A DNA stretch of 64,000 nucleotides from an uncultured Verrucomicrobiae bacterium (GCA_963818965.1 CAWFUG010000011.1:224001-288000), one strand, 5' to 3'; positions 49,769-60,446 are shown, numbered from the stretch's first letter. Notes: generated by a model not told the origin, from the letters alone. A program made the numbers and translations.

Positions 49769-50383
49769 ATGAGCTACAGGGTTGATCCCGCATTCCCTCC
49801 CACCGAATACACTGTACCCCGAAACTCTTCCTCTATCGAACAAATTCCAAAAGAGCTCTTGTCTCAGATCTTTATCCAGACGGATATTTCCAGTCTTTAT
49901 GCAGCAACTTTAGTCAATCGAGAATGGTATGAAACCCTCTCTCAAGCCCTCGATTTAAAAGGTGTATTTTCTACAGTGCAACAGATCCGCAAGATCAACA
50001 CCTGGCAAAAGGCCTCTCAGATGATCCATCGCCGTATGGTACAACAAGCTTTTTATTTCCCTAGTCATACGGGGGAAGAAAACAACTCATTAAAATCTGA
50101 AGCGCAAAATTTTTCTACAGAGCGCCGTACAGTCCTTAAAGAGGTCAGGGCAACCCTCGATTATTTAATGGAAAACGGATATCAGACCCTCTTCATCCAA
50201 CTTCTCGATCGCATCAAAGATCCCAACGAACGGCGCTGGCATATCAAGCACTACCATTCCATCTTATCCGCTAAAGGAGATCTAGCATCTGCGGCAAAAG
50301 TCAAGCAACTCGAAACACCTATTTTCTCTCTGGTAATCCCTCCCAACCTCAAGGATATAGTGATTTGCAGCACACCCAAATAA
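49769..50383 (+). CDS. F-box-like protein
   Basis: IEQIPKELLSQIFIQTD..LYAATLVNREWY. Confidence 0.7.
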   Translation: MSYRVDPAFPPTEYTVPRNSSSIEQIPKELLSQIFIQTDISSLYAATLVNREWYETLSQALDLKGVFSTVQQIRKINTWQKASQMIHRRMVQQAFYFPSHTGEENNSLKSEAQNFSTERRTVLKEVRATLDYLMENGYQTLFIQLLDRIKDPNERRWHIKHYHSILSAKGDLASAAKVKQLETPIFSLVIPPNLKDIVICSTPK

Positions 50384-50465
50384 CCCTTAAGTCTAAAAAA
50401 TCTCTTTATAAAAAAACCCAGTAGCTTTAAAAAAATTGGCGAGATGCAACTTATGAGGAGGTCCC

Positions 50466-51005
50466 ATGTCTGATGCCGGAAGAGAAGTTCCTGATTCTTC
50501 TGAAGAGAAGACCCCTCAATTCACGCACGCAGGAGTCATCCAGGATCCCTCTTTGAGTCAGCTGCGCGATCAGATCAAGAAGGTCATGATTCCCCTTCTC
50601 ATCAAGACATTTCAGCAAAAGCTAGAGCTCAATCAGACCCTCGCCCCTCCCTCTCGCCTCTCGTCGGGAAAGAACCACAACTCCTCAGAAGAGATTATCG
50701 AGCAACTCAAACACCTCGATAAGGATTTGAAGGTGCTGCTCTTGTGGTGTCAGAGCTGTCGTAGTCAGATCCAAAAGGCGCTCTGTCCTCCTGAAGAAGA
50801 GCAAAAAAATCCGATCACAGCCACCCCTTCTTCCACTGCACATCCTGGGGTATCAAAATCTTTTGCCAATGCCGTAGCGACCCCCGCTGCTTACTCCTCT
50901 AGCTCCCGATCGCAGAAAAAAGAGTCAAAGGATCCTTTAAGCTCAAATGGAAAAAAGGGCAAAAAACCGTGGTGGCAGTCCGTCCTTGCTAAATTAAAGC
51001 CCTAG
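50466..51005 (+). CDS. Hypothetical protein
   Basis: GGAGG RBS, 179 aa, coiled-coil core and KKPWW C-terminus. Confidence 0.7.
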   Translation: MSDAGREVPDSSEEKTPQFTHAGVIQDPSLSQLRDQIKKVMIPLLIKTFQQKLELNQTLAPPSRLSSGKNHNSSEEIIEQLKHLDKDLKVLLLWCQSCRSQIQKALCPPEEEQKNPITATPSSTAHPGVSKSFANAVATPAAYSSSSRSQKKESKDPLSSNGKKGKKPWWQSVLAKLKP

Positions 51006-51023
51006 GCCCTACTCTGTTTATCT

Positions 51024-53588
51024 ATGGAATCTGATCTAAAAATTTCACCGATGATGGTTCAGTGGCACGCCTGTAAAAAAAAGGCGGGAACAGCCCTACT
51101 TTTCTTTCGCCTTGGCGATTTTTACGAGGCATTCTATGAAGATGCAAAGATATTGGCCCAGGAGCTAGAGCTTACGCTGACCAAGCGCCAAGAGATCCCG
51201 ATGGCGGGTATCCCCTTCCATGCGAGCGAATCTTACATCGATCGACTGATCGCAAAGGGGTATCGCGTCGCGATCGCAGAGCAGATGGAAGATCCCCGCT
51301 CCGTCAAGGGGATCGTCAAGAGGGAAGTCGTCCGCGTCATCACCCCGGGAACCGTCATCGCATCGAGCTTGCTCTCTGAGAAATCGAATAATTTCTTAGC
51401 TTGTATCGCCCAGGTCGGCCAGACCCACGGGCTTGCTGTCCTCGATTTAACGACGGCAGAATTTCGGGCGATGGAATTCGAAGAAGTGAACCTCCTCATC
51501 GATGAACTCGCAAGACTCTCGCCTAAAGAGCTCCTCATTTCAGACAAATGGAGCAAAAAACAAGCACCTCTTCTAGAAGAGATCCGCACCTCCGTGATCT
51601 GTGCCATCCACACCAAGGAAGACTGGCACTTCGACCACTCCTTTACCTGCGACATCCTCTTGCGCCATTTTTCGATCCTCAGTCTCGATGGATTTGGGCT
51701 GAAAGGGATGACGGCTGCGATCAATGCAGCAGGAGCTATCCTCCATTACGTCCGAGAGGACTTAAATTTGTCGGTCCACCACATCAAATCGCTGCACCCC
51801 GAGAAGACGTGCGACTACATGCAGATCGACCTTTCGACACAAAGACATCTCGAGCTCAATGCGCTGCTCCAGCTAATCGACGAGACGAAAACTGCGATGG
51901 GAGGGCGCCTCTTGAAAAAATGGCTCACCCACCCCCTCCTCGACCCACTCGCCATCGAAAAACGCCAAAGGGGAATCGAAGAGCTCTTGCCCACTTTGCT
52001 CTTTCAAACACACCTCAAAGAAATTAGAGACCTAGAGCGGCTCATCATGCGCCTCGAGACGGGATACCTCACCCCTCGCGATTTAAACGGCCTCCGCCTC
52101 TCACTCGAACACACCCTCCCCATCCACACACTCCTTCAGAGCTCTTCCTCAGACATCCTAAACGAGATCAGAGATCAGTTCATCGATGCGACGCCCCTCA
52201 TCGAGCATCTCAAAACCGCCCTCGTCGACGCACCCCCTTTGCGGTTGAGCGATGGAGAGATTTTTAAAAGCGGCTACCACGAAGAGCTCGATGCACTCCG
52301 CGCGTTAAAATCAGACCACAACGACTGGATCGCCCACTACCAGACGCACTTGAGAGAGCTGACCCAGATCAAGACCCTCAAAGTCGGCTACACGAAGGCC
52401 TTTGGCTTTTACATCGAAGTCAGTCGAGGTCAAGCCGGCCGGATCCCCGATACCTTCCAAAGAAGACAAACTCTTACGAACGCAGAGCGGTTCATCACTC
52501 CCGAACTCAAAGAATACGAAGAAAAGACCCTCCATGCAGAAGAGCGGACCCTAGCGCTCGAATACGAGCTCTTCCAGATCTTACGCAAAGAGGTGCTCCA
52601 CTATGCCTCGGGTATTCTCACGATGGCGCAAGCGATCGCTCAACTCGATGCCCTCCTCTCTTTGAGCACCATCGCTAAAAAATATCAGTGGGTCAAACCG
52701 ACCGTCGATACCGGTTCTCTTTTAGAGATCGAGCAAGGCCGCCATCCCCTCATCGAGGCAAAGCTCAGCGCAGAAACCTTCGTCCCCAACGACGTCTTAC
52801 TGAATGCCGACTCGCAGCGGATGTACCTCATCACAGGCCCTAATATGGCAGGAAAGTCGACTTTCATCCGCCAAGTCGCTCTCATCGCGATCTTAGCTCA
52901 AATCGGCTCCTATGTCCCTGCCAAACGCACCCATAGCGGCATCATCGATAAAGTCTTCAGCCGGATCGGCGCCAGCGACGATCTCTCCCGCGGCCAATCG
53001 ACCTTCATGGTCGAAATGACAGAGACGGCTAACATTTTGAATAACGCAACGCCCCGCTCACTGATCATCCTAGACGAGATCGGACGCGGAACGAGCACTT
53101 ACGATGGGATCTCCATCGCCTGGGCCGTCGCAGAATACCTCCTGACAGAACCGAATAAGAAAGCCAAGACCCTCTTTGCCACCCACTACTGGGAACTCAC
53201 CGAACTCGAAAAAGAGATCCCCGGCGCAGTCAACTTCAACGTCGCTGTCCACGAATCGGAAGAGGGGATCACCTTCTTGCGCAAAATCGTCAAAGGAGGC
53301 ACCGATAAGAGCTACGGAATCCACGTGGCCAAACTCGCCGGACTCCCCTTACCCGTGCTCAAAAAAGCAAAAGAGATGCTCCTCAAATTAGAAAAGTCAG
53401 GAGGCAGAACAAAGAGAAAAGCACCTGAAGAATCACACCCCTCCCTCTTCACCCTCCTCGAAACAGAACCCCCACCCCCCTTCCTCAAAGAGCTCAAAAC
53501 ACTCGATCCCAACCAACTCACCCCCCTCGAGGCCCTCCAAAAAATCATCGCGTGGAAAAACCAATGCCCTTCTCTCCCAGCGCATTAG
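51024..53588 (+). CDS. mutS: DNA mismatch repair protein MutS
   Basis: GDFYEAF, TGPNMAGKST, STFMVEM, DEIGRGTS and FATHY motifs. Confidence 0.97.
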   Translation: MESDLKISPMMVQWHACKKKAGTALLFFRLGDFYEAFYEDAKILAQELELTLTKRQEIPMAGIPFHASESYIDRLIAKGYRVAIAEQMEDPRSVKGIVKREVVRVITPGTVIASSLLSEKSNNFLACIAQVGQTHGLAVLDLTTAEFRAMEFEEVNLLIDELARLSPKELLISDKWSKKQAPLLEEIRTSVICAIHTKEDWHFDHSFTCDILLRHFSILSLDGFGLKGMTAAINAAGAILHYVREDLNLSVHHIKSLHPEKTCDYMQIDLSTQRHLELNALLQLIDETKTAMGGRLLKKWLTHPLLDPLAIEKRQRGIEELLPTLLFQTHLKEIRDLERLIMRLETGYLTPRDLNGLRLSLEHTLPIHTLLQSSSSDILNEIRDQFIDATPLIEHLKTALVDAPPLRLSDGEIFKSGYHEELDALRALKSDHNDWIAHYQTHLRELTQIKTLKVGYTKAFGFYIEVSRGQAGRIPDTFQRRQTLTNAERFITPELKEYEEKTLHAEERTLALEYELFQILRKEVLHYASGILTMAQAIAQLDALLSLSTIAKKYQWVKPTVDTGSLLEIEQGRHPLIEAKLSAETFVPNDVLLNADSQRMYLITGPNMAGKSTFIRQVALIAILAQIGSYVPAKRTHSGIIDKVFSRIGASDDLSRGQSTFMVEMTETANILNNATPRSLIILDEIGRGTSTYDGISIAWAVAEYLLTEPNKKAKTLFATHYWELTELEKEIPGAVNFNVAVHESEEGITFLRKIVKGGTDKSYGIHVAKLAGLPLPVLKKAKEMLLKLEKSGGRTKRKAPEESHPSLFTLLETEPPPPFLKELKTLDPNQLTPLEALQKIIAWKNQCPSLPAH

Positions 53589-55393
53589 AAAAATTTTCGA
53601 CGCAGCCCGGCGTCTACCTGATGAAAAACGCCAAATCTCAGGTCATCTACGTCGGAAAAGCCAAAAACCTCAAAAACCGCCTCAAGCAATACTTCGCGCA
53701 AAGTAGCAGCGACACGCGCGCGATGATCCCCTTCTTGATTGAGCAAATCGATGCGATCGATACGATCGTTGTCCCCTCTGAAAAAGAGGCGCTCCTCTTA
53801 GAAAACACCCTGATTAAAAAGCATCAGCCCAAATTCAACGCCTTTTTAAAAGACGACAAGACCTTCATCAGTCTCATGATCAATCACACCCACCCCTGGC
53901 CGATGCTCCGCCTCGTCCGCTACAAGGGAACTCCCAAAGAACAGGGCCTCTTCTTCGGCCCTTACACGAGCGCCTATGCCGCAAGACAGACCTACGAACT
54001 CTTGACCCGCCTCTTTCCGTTGCGCCAATGCTCTGATGAAGAGTTAAAACGCAGAACCCGCCCTTGCCTTCTCTACGACATCAAGCGCTGCGTTGCCCCT
54101 TGCGTGCAAAAATGCACCCCCACAGAATACGACGCCCTCGTCCAGAAGACGATCCAGTTTTTAAAAGGGCAAGACCGCCACATTCTCGAAGAGCTAAAAG
54201 CAGAGATGGACTTAGCCTCAGAAGCCCAAGAATACGAACGCGCGGGAGCACTCCTCCAGACGATCCGACAAATCGAACACGTGATTTCAAGCGACACGCT
54301 CATCCACAAAGCCACAGGAAGCAACAGCGACGTCCTCGCGCTTTATAGACAAGCAGAAGAGATCATGCTCGTCCAGATGCTCTTTCGCGAGGGAAAGCTC
54401 ATCGGCTCAGAGCACTACCCCTTTTCAGGGATTTTAGAAGAGGATGAAGACCTTCTCTCCTCATTCATCCTCCAACACTATACCAAAGCGACGGCACTCC
54501 CTCAAGAGATCCTCCTCCCCTTCCCCCTCAAAAATGCCCCCCTCCTCTCGGAAATCCTCTCTGAGGCTCATGGCAAAAAAATCCTCCTCGCCACTCCCCA
54601 AAAAGGGGATAAGAAAGCGCTGATCCGCCTGGCAGAAGAAAACGCCAAAGCCCTCTTCCAACAGGAAAAAGACCAGCGGCAACTCAAAGAAAAAATGCTC
54701 TTAGACCTGCAAGAGACGCTGAAGCTCAACCGCTACCCCAAAAAGATCGTCTGCTTCGACACCTCTCACCTTTACGGAAAAGATGCCGTCGCCGCCCTCA
54801 TCACGTTCATCGATGGGATCAAAGAGAAAAAAGAGACCCGCCTCTTCCGCGTCAAATCCTCCGCCAGCGCAGAAGACTACACCGCCATGCGCGAAGTGAT
54901 CCACCGCTACCTCATCAAAGCAAAACAAAACGATCAGCTCCCCGATCTCATCGTCGTCGATGGAGGGAAGGGCCAACTCAATATCGCTCTAGATCTCTTC
55001 AAAGAACTCGACATCGCCTCAGTCGATCTGATCGCCCTGACAAAAGAAGAGGGAAGGCACGACAAAGGGATCACGAAAGAGAGAATCTTCCTTCCCCAGA
55101 ATCGCGATCCCATCCACCTCAATGAACGCTCCAACCTCCTCTTCCTCCTCCAACAGATCCGCGATGAGACCCATCGGCAAGCCCTGCTCTTCCATCAGAA
55201 AAGGCGCACCAAACGCACCCTCACCTCTGCCCTAGATGCCGTAGAAGGGATCGGCCCCATCAAACGCAAGCGCCTGCTCACCCACTTCGGCAGCGTCGAG
55301 CAGATCCGTAGAGCAAGCGATGAAGAGCTCCGCGCCGTCCCCGGCATCGGCCCTCGCGAAATCGCAGCCCTAAGAAAGGCTTTAGAGCTATGA
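53552..55393 (+). CDS. uvrC: Excinuclease ABC subunit C
   Basis: GIY-YIG (PGVYLM..IYVGKAKNL), FDTSH, VDGGKGQL, IRDETHR and HhH tail. Confidence 0.97.
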   Translation: MEKPMPFSPSALEKFSTQPGVYLMKNAKSQVIYVGKAKNLKNRLKQYFAQSSSDTRAMIPFLIEQIDAIDTIVVPSEKEALLLENTLIKKHQPKFNAFLKDDKTFISLMINHTHPWPMLRLVRYKGTPKEQGLFFGPYTSAYAARQTYELLTRLFPLRQCSDEELKRRTRPCLLYDIKRCVAPCVQKCTPTEYDALVQKTIQFLKGQDRHILEELKAEMDLASEAQEYERAGALLQTIRQIEHVISSDTLIHKATGSNSDVLALYRQAEEIMLVQMLFREGKLIGSEHYPFSGILEEDEDLLSSFILQHYTKATALPQEILLPFPLKNAPLLSEILSEAHGKKILLATPQKGDKKALIRLAEENAKALFQQEKDQRQLKEKMLLDLQETLKLNRYPKKIVCFDTSHLYGKDAVAALITFIDGIKEKKETRLFRVKSSASAEDYTAMREVIHRYLIKAKQNDQLPDLIVVDGGKGQLNIALDLFKELDIASVDLIALTKEEGRHDKGITKERIFLPQNRDPIHLNERSNLLFLLQQIRDETHRQALLFHQKRRTKRTLTSALDAVEGIGPIKRKRLLTHFGSVEQIRRASDEELRAVPGIGPREIAALRKALEL

Positions 55394-55482
55394 GCGGCTC
55401 CCAAGCTTTGCTTCCAAAAGCTGCCACTGCGCTTTTCGCAATAGGTGCTTCAGCGCCCTTAACGCTTTTTTCTGCCCGATGA

Positions 55483-55654
55483 GCATATTGCATAAATAGC
55501 TGAATTTCACCACAGAGATGGAAAACCACAGAGAGGAAATTCATATTAAAAAATTTCCTCTCTGTGGTTTTCCATCTCTGTGGTGAAATTGCATATATTC
55601 AGAATGGAATGATGGAGAGCTGGATTAGGTCCTCATGAATTACACAACAACGCC
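55483..55654 (-). mobile_element. Family A MITE
   Basis: ttgcataaatagctgaatttcaccacagag hairpin with ttaggtcctcatgaattacacaacaacgcc end, linker shared with the 62590 copy. Confidence 0.85.
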
Positions 55655-55701
55655 AAAAACAAACGTAAAATTAATTTTAAAACTCTGTATAATAAAGCTA
55701 T

Positions 55702-56208
55702 TTAGGCGCGAAGAAGAACAGAAAAGAAGAATTCTTTGGAGTAGCCGAATTGCTGCTTTAAAAGCGCAGAGAGCTCATTTTCAGCGCCTTCTAGAAGAGC
55801 TTTCTGTGCCTCCAGGGAAAAACCCTTCCACTCCAAATAGACCTCTATTTTTTGATCGGGTCTCAATAAGACGGCAACTTCCGCTTCTTCACCGGGAAGC
55901 TGCTCCTCCCAGTATTGCCGCACATATTCTTGGATGATCTTAGAATCGACAGAAGTCACGCGATTTTCCATGGAAAAGCTGTAATAGACACCGCGGTACA
56001 TGTAATAAAAGCCAGCGAGGAGACAAACTCCAAGAGCGGAGAGAACGCACCCGATGGAAAAAAGAAGGCCGGATGAAAGTATAAACCCCGCAAGCGCTTG
56101 GCGCAAATGGGGGGCATAATGAAAGCCGATGCAAAAGACGCCGAGCAAAATGACACCGATGGAAAAGAGGAACTGCACTGCTGAGTAGAGAAGGTCCCCT
56201 TTTCTCAT
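55702..56208 (-). CDS. Membrane protein coupled to the Asp23 gene (AmaP-like position)
   Basis: Two N-terminal TM segments. Start abuts the Asp23 stop. Confidence 0.7.
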   Translation of the reverse strand: MRKGDLLYSAVQFLFSIGVILLGVFCIGFHYAPHLRQALAGFILSSGLLFSIGCVLSALGVCLLAGFYYMYRGVYYSFSMENRVTSVDSKIIQEYVRQYWEEQLPGEEAEVAVLLRPDQKIEVYLEWKGFSLEAQKALLEGAENELSALLKQQFGYSKEFFFSVLLRA

Positions 56209-56679
56209 CTAAAATGACTCTTCATACTCTTCTAAAACACTATCCTCAGTCACTCGCTTCTCGAGTACTTCTTTCAGGTTAGGCTTCGCTTTTTTAGAGG
56301 TGAGATTTTTGAAAATCACGTGAACAGTGGCGACGTGTAACCCAGTCAGATTGCTGATATCTTCGACGATCCGCGTCTGGATCTCCTCAGCCTTTTCAGG
56401 GATGCGGATCCCATAAGCGATCTTGATCTCGACACGCACATTCACAGAATGGCTCTTTTGATCTTGGTCGACGTGGATTCCCTTAACGCCGTCCAAACTA
56501 TCTCCCAAGAGAGAATCGAAGAGATTCCCCTCTAACGTCTCCACGCCATCTAGGCGCGCAAGACACTGCAAAACGATCGACTGAAAGACCTTGCTCTCAA
56601 TGTCTCGGATAAAAACCGTCTCGGGAAGCTCGAGTTCTTTTGTATCAATTTCTTTGAGGGGATTTTGCATAGGGACCAC
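56209..56679 (-). CDS. Asp23/Gls24 family protein
   Basis: KGIHVD, IAYGIRIPEKAEEIQ and LTGLHVATVHV motifs. Confidence 0.85.
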   Translation of the reverse strand: MVPMQNPLKEIDTKELELPETVFIRDIESKVFQSIVLQCLARLDGVETLEGNLFDSLLGDSLDGVKGIHVDQDQKSHSVNVRVEIKIAYGIRIPEKAEEIQTRIVEDISNLTGLHVATVHVIFKNLTSKKAKPNLKEVLEKRVTEDSVLEEYEESF

Positions 56680-56761
56680 CTTGGATTTTCAAGAGCTTTG
56701 AGTGTAGCATCTTTTCTAGATTAAAACTAGCTTGAATTTTGAACCCGAATAAGTCCAAAAG

Positions 56762-56810
56762 TTATACCCAAGTGGACTCAAAAGTTGGCCGTAGGGCCGC
56801 TTGGGTATAA
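56762..56810 (+). repeat. Short TATAC element
   Basis: ttatacccaagtggactcaaaagttggccgtagggccgcttgggtataa. Confidence 0.85.
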
Positions 56811-56891
56811 CCCTCCAGCTAACTTTTGAGCTTGTTTGGCTATAGCTTTTCCTCTTATACTCTAAGAATTCGCAACTACGAGAGATGTGCC

Positions 56892-57308
56892 ATGCAAATC
56901 TTTTTAATGATCCTTTCTTCCTTTCTCTTTGGCTACTCCTGCAGCCAGATCGCCCGGAATAAGGGCCGGCATCCCGGTTACTGGTTCCTGATCGGCCTAC
57001 TTTTTGGGCTCCTAGCACTTCTCGCCATCGCCCTCCTTCCCCCTCCCGGTCGGGCATCGACGCTTTTCCGTCAAAGAGCCCAGAGACCCCCACCTGTTAC
57101 AAAAATTCCCAAACTCGCCACTATCGACCCCGCTCAAGCACACCCCATTTGGTATTATCTCGATCGAGAAAAGACACAACTCGGCCCCATGAGCTTTGAT
57201 GCTCTGACTCGAGATTGGCGCGAAGGAAAAGTAACGGATAGGACGTGGGTATGGAACGAAAGACTAGAGAACTGGAAACCCCTGAACGAAGTCCTTCAGG
57301 CGGAATAG
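56892..57308 (+). CDS. Membrane protein with a GYF-like (DUF4339) domain
   Basis: IARNKGRHPGYWF TM motif and WYYLD...QLGPMS...WVWNERLENWK. ATG 56892. Confidence 0.8.
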   Translation: MQIFLMILSSFLFGYSCSQIARNKGRHPGYWFLIGLLFGLLALLAIALLPPPGRASTLFRQRAQRPPPVTKIPKLATIDPAQAHPIWYYLDREKTQLGPMSFDALTRDWREGKVTDRTWVWNERLENWKPLNEVLQAE

Positions 57309-57337
57309 AAAAAGCCTGACTTTTTAGGAGTCAGGCT
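57309..57337. terminator. Terminator between convergent genes
   Basis: aaaagcctgact-ttttagg-agtcaggct. Confidence 0.6.
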
Positions 57338-57366
57338 ATAGCCCATTCGGGTAAAAAAACGAAAGA

Positions 57367-57672
57367 CTACCAGCTCGCCTTCACGACGCCGGGAATCATC
57401 CCGCTGTTGGCCATTTCGCGGAAGCAGAGACGAGAGAGCTTAAACTTCTTCAAGACACCTCGCGCACGGCCTGTCAACTGACAGCGGCTTCTGAGACGAA
57501 CGGGGGAAGAGTTTCGCGGCATCTTGTTGAGCGCGATTTTCGCTGCAAGACGTTCTTCTTCGCTATTATTCAAATCGAGAATGGTCTTCTTCAATTTTTG
57601 ACGCTTGTCCCATTTGAGCTGAACGAGCTTTTCACGTCGTTTTTGTTTTGCAATTGCAGATTTTGTCGCCAT
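57367..57672 (-). CDS. rpsN: 30S ribosomal protein S14
   Basis: [18 protein letters not shown]...[17 protein letters not shown]. Confidence 0.97.
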   Translation of the reverse strand: MATKSAIAKQKRREKLVQLKWDKRQKLKKTILDLNNSEEERLAAKIALNKMPRNSSPVRLRSRCQLTGRARGVLKKFKLSRLCFREMANSGMIPGVVKASW

Positions 57673-57685
57673 ATTCCTCTTGAGT

Positions 57686-57847
57686 TCACACTACTTTTTT
57701 ACTTGCGGGACCTTTTTTGCGCGCAGGACCTTTTTGTCTCTGTTTGCGATTCGGGTCGATTTTATTGATGACATAGACGCGGCCCTTGCGGCGGACGATC
57801 TTGTCCCCCTTCGAAGGATCCGCTTTTACCGAAGCTCTTACTTTCAT
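57686..57847 (-). CDS. rpmJ: 50S ribosomal protein L36 (chlamydial type)
   Basis: [39 protein letters not shown] 57847. Confidence 0.95.
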   Translation of the reverse strand: MKVRASVKADPSKGDKIVRRKGRVYVINKIDPNRKQRQKGPARKKGPASKKVV

Positions 57848-58009
57848 ATTCACCTTAACGTTCGAGTTACCCAAAGTTATATGCAATCTCCCATTTCTTC
57901 GCAAGACCCGTTTTTTGACCCGTTTTTTGGAAAAAAAATTCTTCATTGTTGAGGAATTTGGACCCATTCGCTATACTCGCCTCAAAACTTAAATCGTTAG
58001 GATCAAATC

Positions 58010-58144
58010 ATGAAACGTACCTATCAGCCCAGCAAGAGAAGACGCCAGACGACCTGCGGATTCCGCAAGAGAATGAAGACAAAAGACGGCCGTAAGATCA
58101 TCAATCGCCGCCGCCGCATTGGCAGAAAGCGCCTCTCCGCTTAA
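58010..58144 (+). CDS. rpmH: 50S ribosomal protein L34
   Basis: [44 protein letters not shown], translated by eye; below the ORF-track cutoff. Confidence 0.97.
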   Translation: MKRTYQPSKRRRQTTCGFRKRMKTKDGRKIINRRRRIGRKRLSA

Positions 58145-58169
58145 GAAGAAACGCTGTTCTTTACCCTAA

Positions 58170-58546
58170 ATGAAGTTCCCAAAATCGGCCCGACTCCTCT
58201 GTAGTGCTCAATATAAATACCTAAACAGACAGGGGTTGCGCCTTTTGGGGAGCAAATTGCCATCAACATCCGACAAGGAAATTCTTTACAGCCCCGCCTC
58301 GGCATTACCGTTTCGCGCAAATACGGCAAGGCCCACGATCGCAACCGCTTTAAGCGAGTTGTCCGCGAAGCATTCCGAGAGCTCCTTGCCGAGCTCCCCT
58401 CCGACCTAGAGCTCAATGTCTCTCCCCGAACGCCAAATGGCAGAGAACTCTCTACCGAAGCAGTCCTGATCGAGCTCAAGTGCCTCATCAGCCGCGTGAG
58501 CCCGCTCCCCCTTAGCTCAGATAAAGTTCAGCTAAACATCAGTTAA
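58170..58546 (+). CDS. rnpA: Ribonuclease P protein component (frameshifted at ~58242-58250)
   Basis: MKFPKSARLL, then after a -1 shift PRLGITVSRKYGKAHDRNRFKRVVREAFR (RNR motif). Confidence 0.85.
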
Positions 58547-60367
58547 CTTGGCGAGAATCTTCGTTGCGACAAAGTAGGCACTGATGGTGTATCCAGCGGA
58601 ATGGAACTGCTTAACTTTGTAGAAATCGTCAGGAACCTGTTTTTCCCATTTCATAGCCTCTGCAAAAGCTCCCTCTTTCAGATGGCGGCTGAATTCTACT
58701 CTTGCCTCTGTAATTTCTTTGATGATCTGTTGAGCGACATCTTTGAGACCAAACTCCTGCAATAGACACACTTTTTCTAAAGAGTGAGGAATTTCTTCAG
58801 CAAACTTAACAGCCTCTTCTTTCGTCTTCAAGCGCAATAAAAATTCTAATTTAAGTAGGTTTCTCTTAGGGAGCACTTGCACCGTCCCTTTTGGTACTAA
58901 AAGGCCGAGGTATTCGCATACATTTTGATTTTCAGAAAGGAGGATGAGCTTCTTGTATTCTCGCTCCCAAAGACGCTCTTTGATGGACATCCAAGCACCT
59001 AAGCGCCCATACTCATATACAGGGATGCATTGAACATGCGCCAAAAGAGTGGGCAAAAGATCTGCGATCGCCTCTGTCAAACCAAGACGTAAAAACACAT
59101 CACACCTTTCCACGGGATCGCTGATAGACTGCGCTACCTCAATAGCCTGTTCTGTTAAACCCAAAGCCCCTAACGCAAGACAGCGCTCGTTTCGGTATTC
59201 GATACTGTTTGCGAGCTCTATATCCCTTGCATCTGGCTTTACTCGGGCAGCAATGACCTGTTCTTCTAAACCGAGCTCTGAAAGCAGTAAGCGTTGCGTT
59301 CTTTTATCCTTGATCCAATCGATTGTATCGATTGCAAGCTCCTTTAAGCCATAACTAATAAGGGTACGCGCATAGTGAATGATCCTACTAGTGTCACTTG
59401 CCTCCGACTGAGGGTGTGGTAAGAGATCCATCAGTATCTGCTCATGCACTTGAGCTATCTTATCATAGACATCTCCATTGACACTCTGATTCCACTGACC
59501 CAATCTCAAACTGATGTGGCAGAAATGCAGCTTAAATCGATCTAGACGAGACTTATCCGTTGATGAGGGAGCCCAAGCACTCCTTGTGTGCTGGAGAAGA
59601 TCAAATGCAACAGCGAGATGCCCTGATTTATAAAGAATTTCATAAAATTTCTCCACCACCTTCCCTTTAACATTTGCATTGTCAATTAAGCATAAGAGCG
59701 ACTCCATAAAGCGCCTCATTTCAGGGACAGTCTGATGATTTTCACAGGCTAGAAGTAGATTTTCAAGGTTACAATGAGATAGGAAATAGCCACATTCTGC
59801 CTTTCCGATAAAAAGGCTTACTGCCTCCGGGTATCCAATGCGCATATAACCTTCGATCATTCTGCGAAAATGAAGCTCCTCACGAAACAAAAGCTCCTCT
59901 CCAAGTCCATTCATCTCAAAGAGGAGTTCTAGATTTAAAAATTGTAGAAACTCTCTTTCAAAACGAGAGCCAACGCTCCCCTGCACAATCCTGTCAAATG
60001 GATCGGGATAGTGAACATAGAGCTCTGAAAAACAACGCCCCAACTGGTATGCTGCTTCAAAAGAAACATTCCCTTCAGATGATTTTTTAGAATGCAACAT
60101 TTTGGCTATTAGATTGCAAAACGCGTCCAATCGGGCGCGTTCTGGACTTTTTTCATCGAAACAAGACACGGCTCTCTCTAAAAAGGTCGTCACCTCCCCA
60201 ATTGTCACCTCTTTTCTATTCGCGAGTTGATCGATGACAATCCGCTTTAGCTCTCGATCGACTGATTTCAGATTGTCTAGCTCTAAAGGACTGAACCTAC
60301 TGAGGACATTCCAGAGGCACTCTCTAGGCAGATCTGTCGTTAAGGAAAATTTGTAAGACATAATCAA
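58532..60367 (-). CDS. F-box-like N-terminus plus helical-repeat protein (paralog 1)
   Basis: DLPRECLWNVLSRFSPLELDNLKSVDRELKRIV. Colinear with 60626-62434. Confidence 0.75.
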   Translation of the reverse strand: MIMSYKFSLTTDLPRECLWNVLSRFSPLELDNLKSVDRELKRIVIDQLANRKEVTIGEVTTFLERAVSCFDEKSPERARLDAFCNLIAKMLHSKKSSEGNVSFEAAYQLGRCFSELYVHYPDPFDRIVQGSVGSRFEREFLQFLNLELLFEMNGLGEELLFREELHFRRMIEGYMRIGYPEAVSLFIGKAECGYFLSHCNLENLLLACENHQTVPEMRRFMESLLCLIDNANVKGKVVEKFYEILYKSGHLAVAFDLLQHTRSAWAPSSTDKSRLDRFKLHFCHISLRLGQWNQSVNGDVYDKIAQVHEQILMDLLPHPQSEASDTSRIIHYARTLISYGLKELAIDTIDWIKDKRTQRLLLSELGLEEQVIAARVKPDARDIELANSIEYRNERCLALGALGLTEQAIEVAQSISDPVERCDVFLRLGLTEAIADLLPTLLAHVQCIPVYEYGRLGAWMSIKERLWEREYKKLILLSENQNVCEYLGLLVPKGTVQVLPKRNLLKLEFLLRLKTKEEAVKFAEEIPHSLEKVCLLQEFGLKDVAQQIIKEITEARVEFSRHLKEGAFAEAMKWEKQVPDDFYKVKQFHSAGYTISAYFVATKILAKLTDV

Positions 60368-60446
60368 CCGCCACCTGTTTTATTTTAATTAATATTACAG
60401 ACCCATAGATTCAATTTAAACTAAATAAAAAACTCACTTGTCAGAT

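Noticed and set aside
49482..49772. ORFs containing (Q)LLSPLGY (also 56716-57093)
   Set aside because: Translation of the short TATAC element, overlapping real genes on the other strand.
55278..55544. ORFs containing MNF(L/F)SVVF(H/Q/P)LCG (also 60560-60859 and 23550-23765)
   Set aside because: The shared peptide comes from the family A hairpin, and 55278 and 60560 run antisense to real genes.
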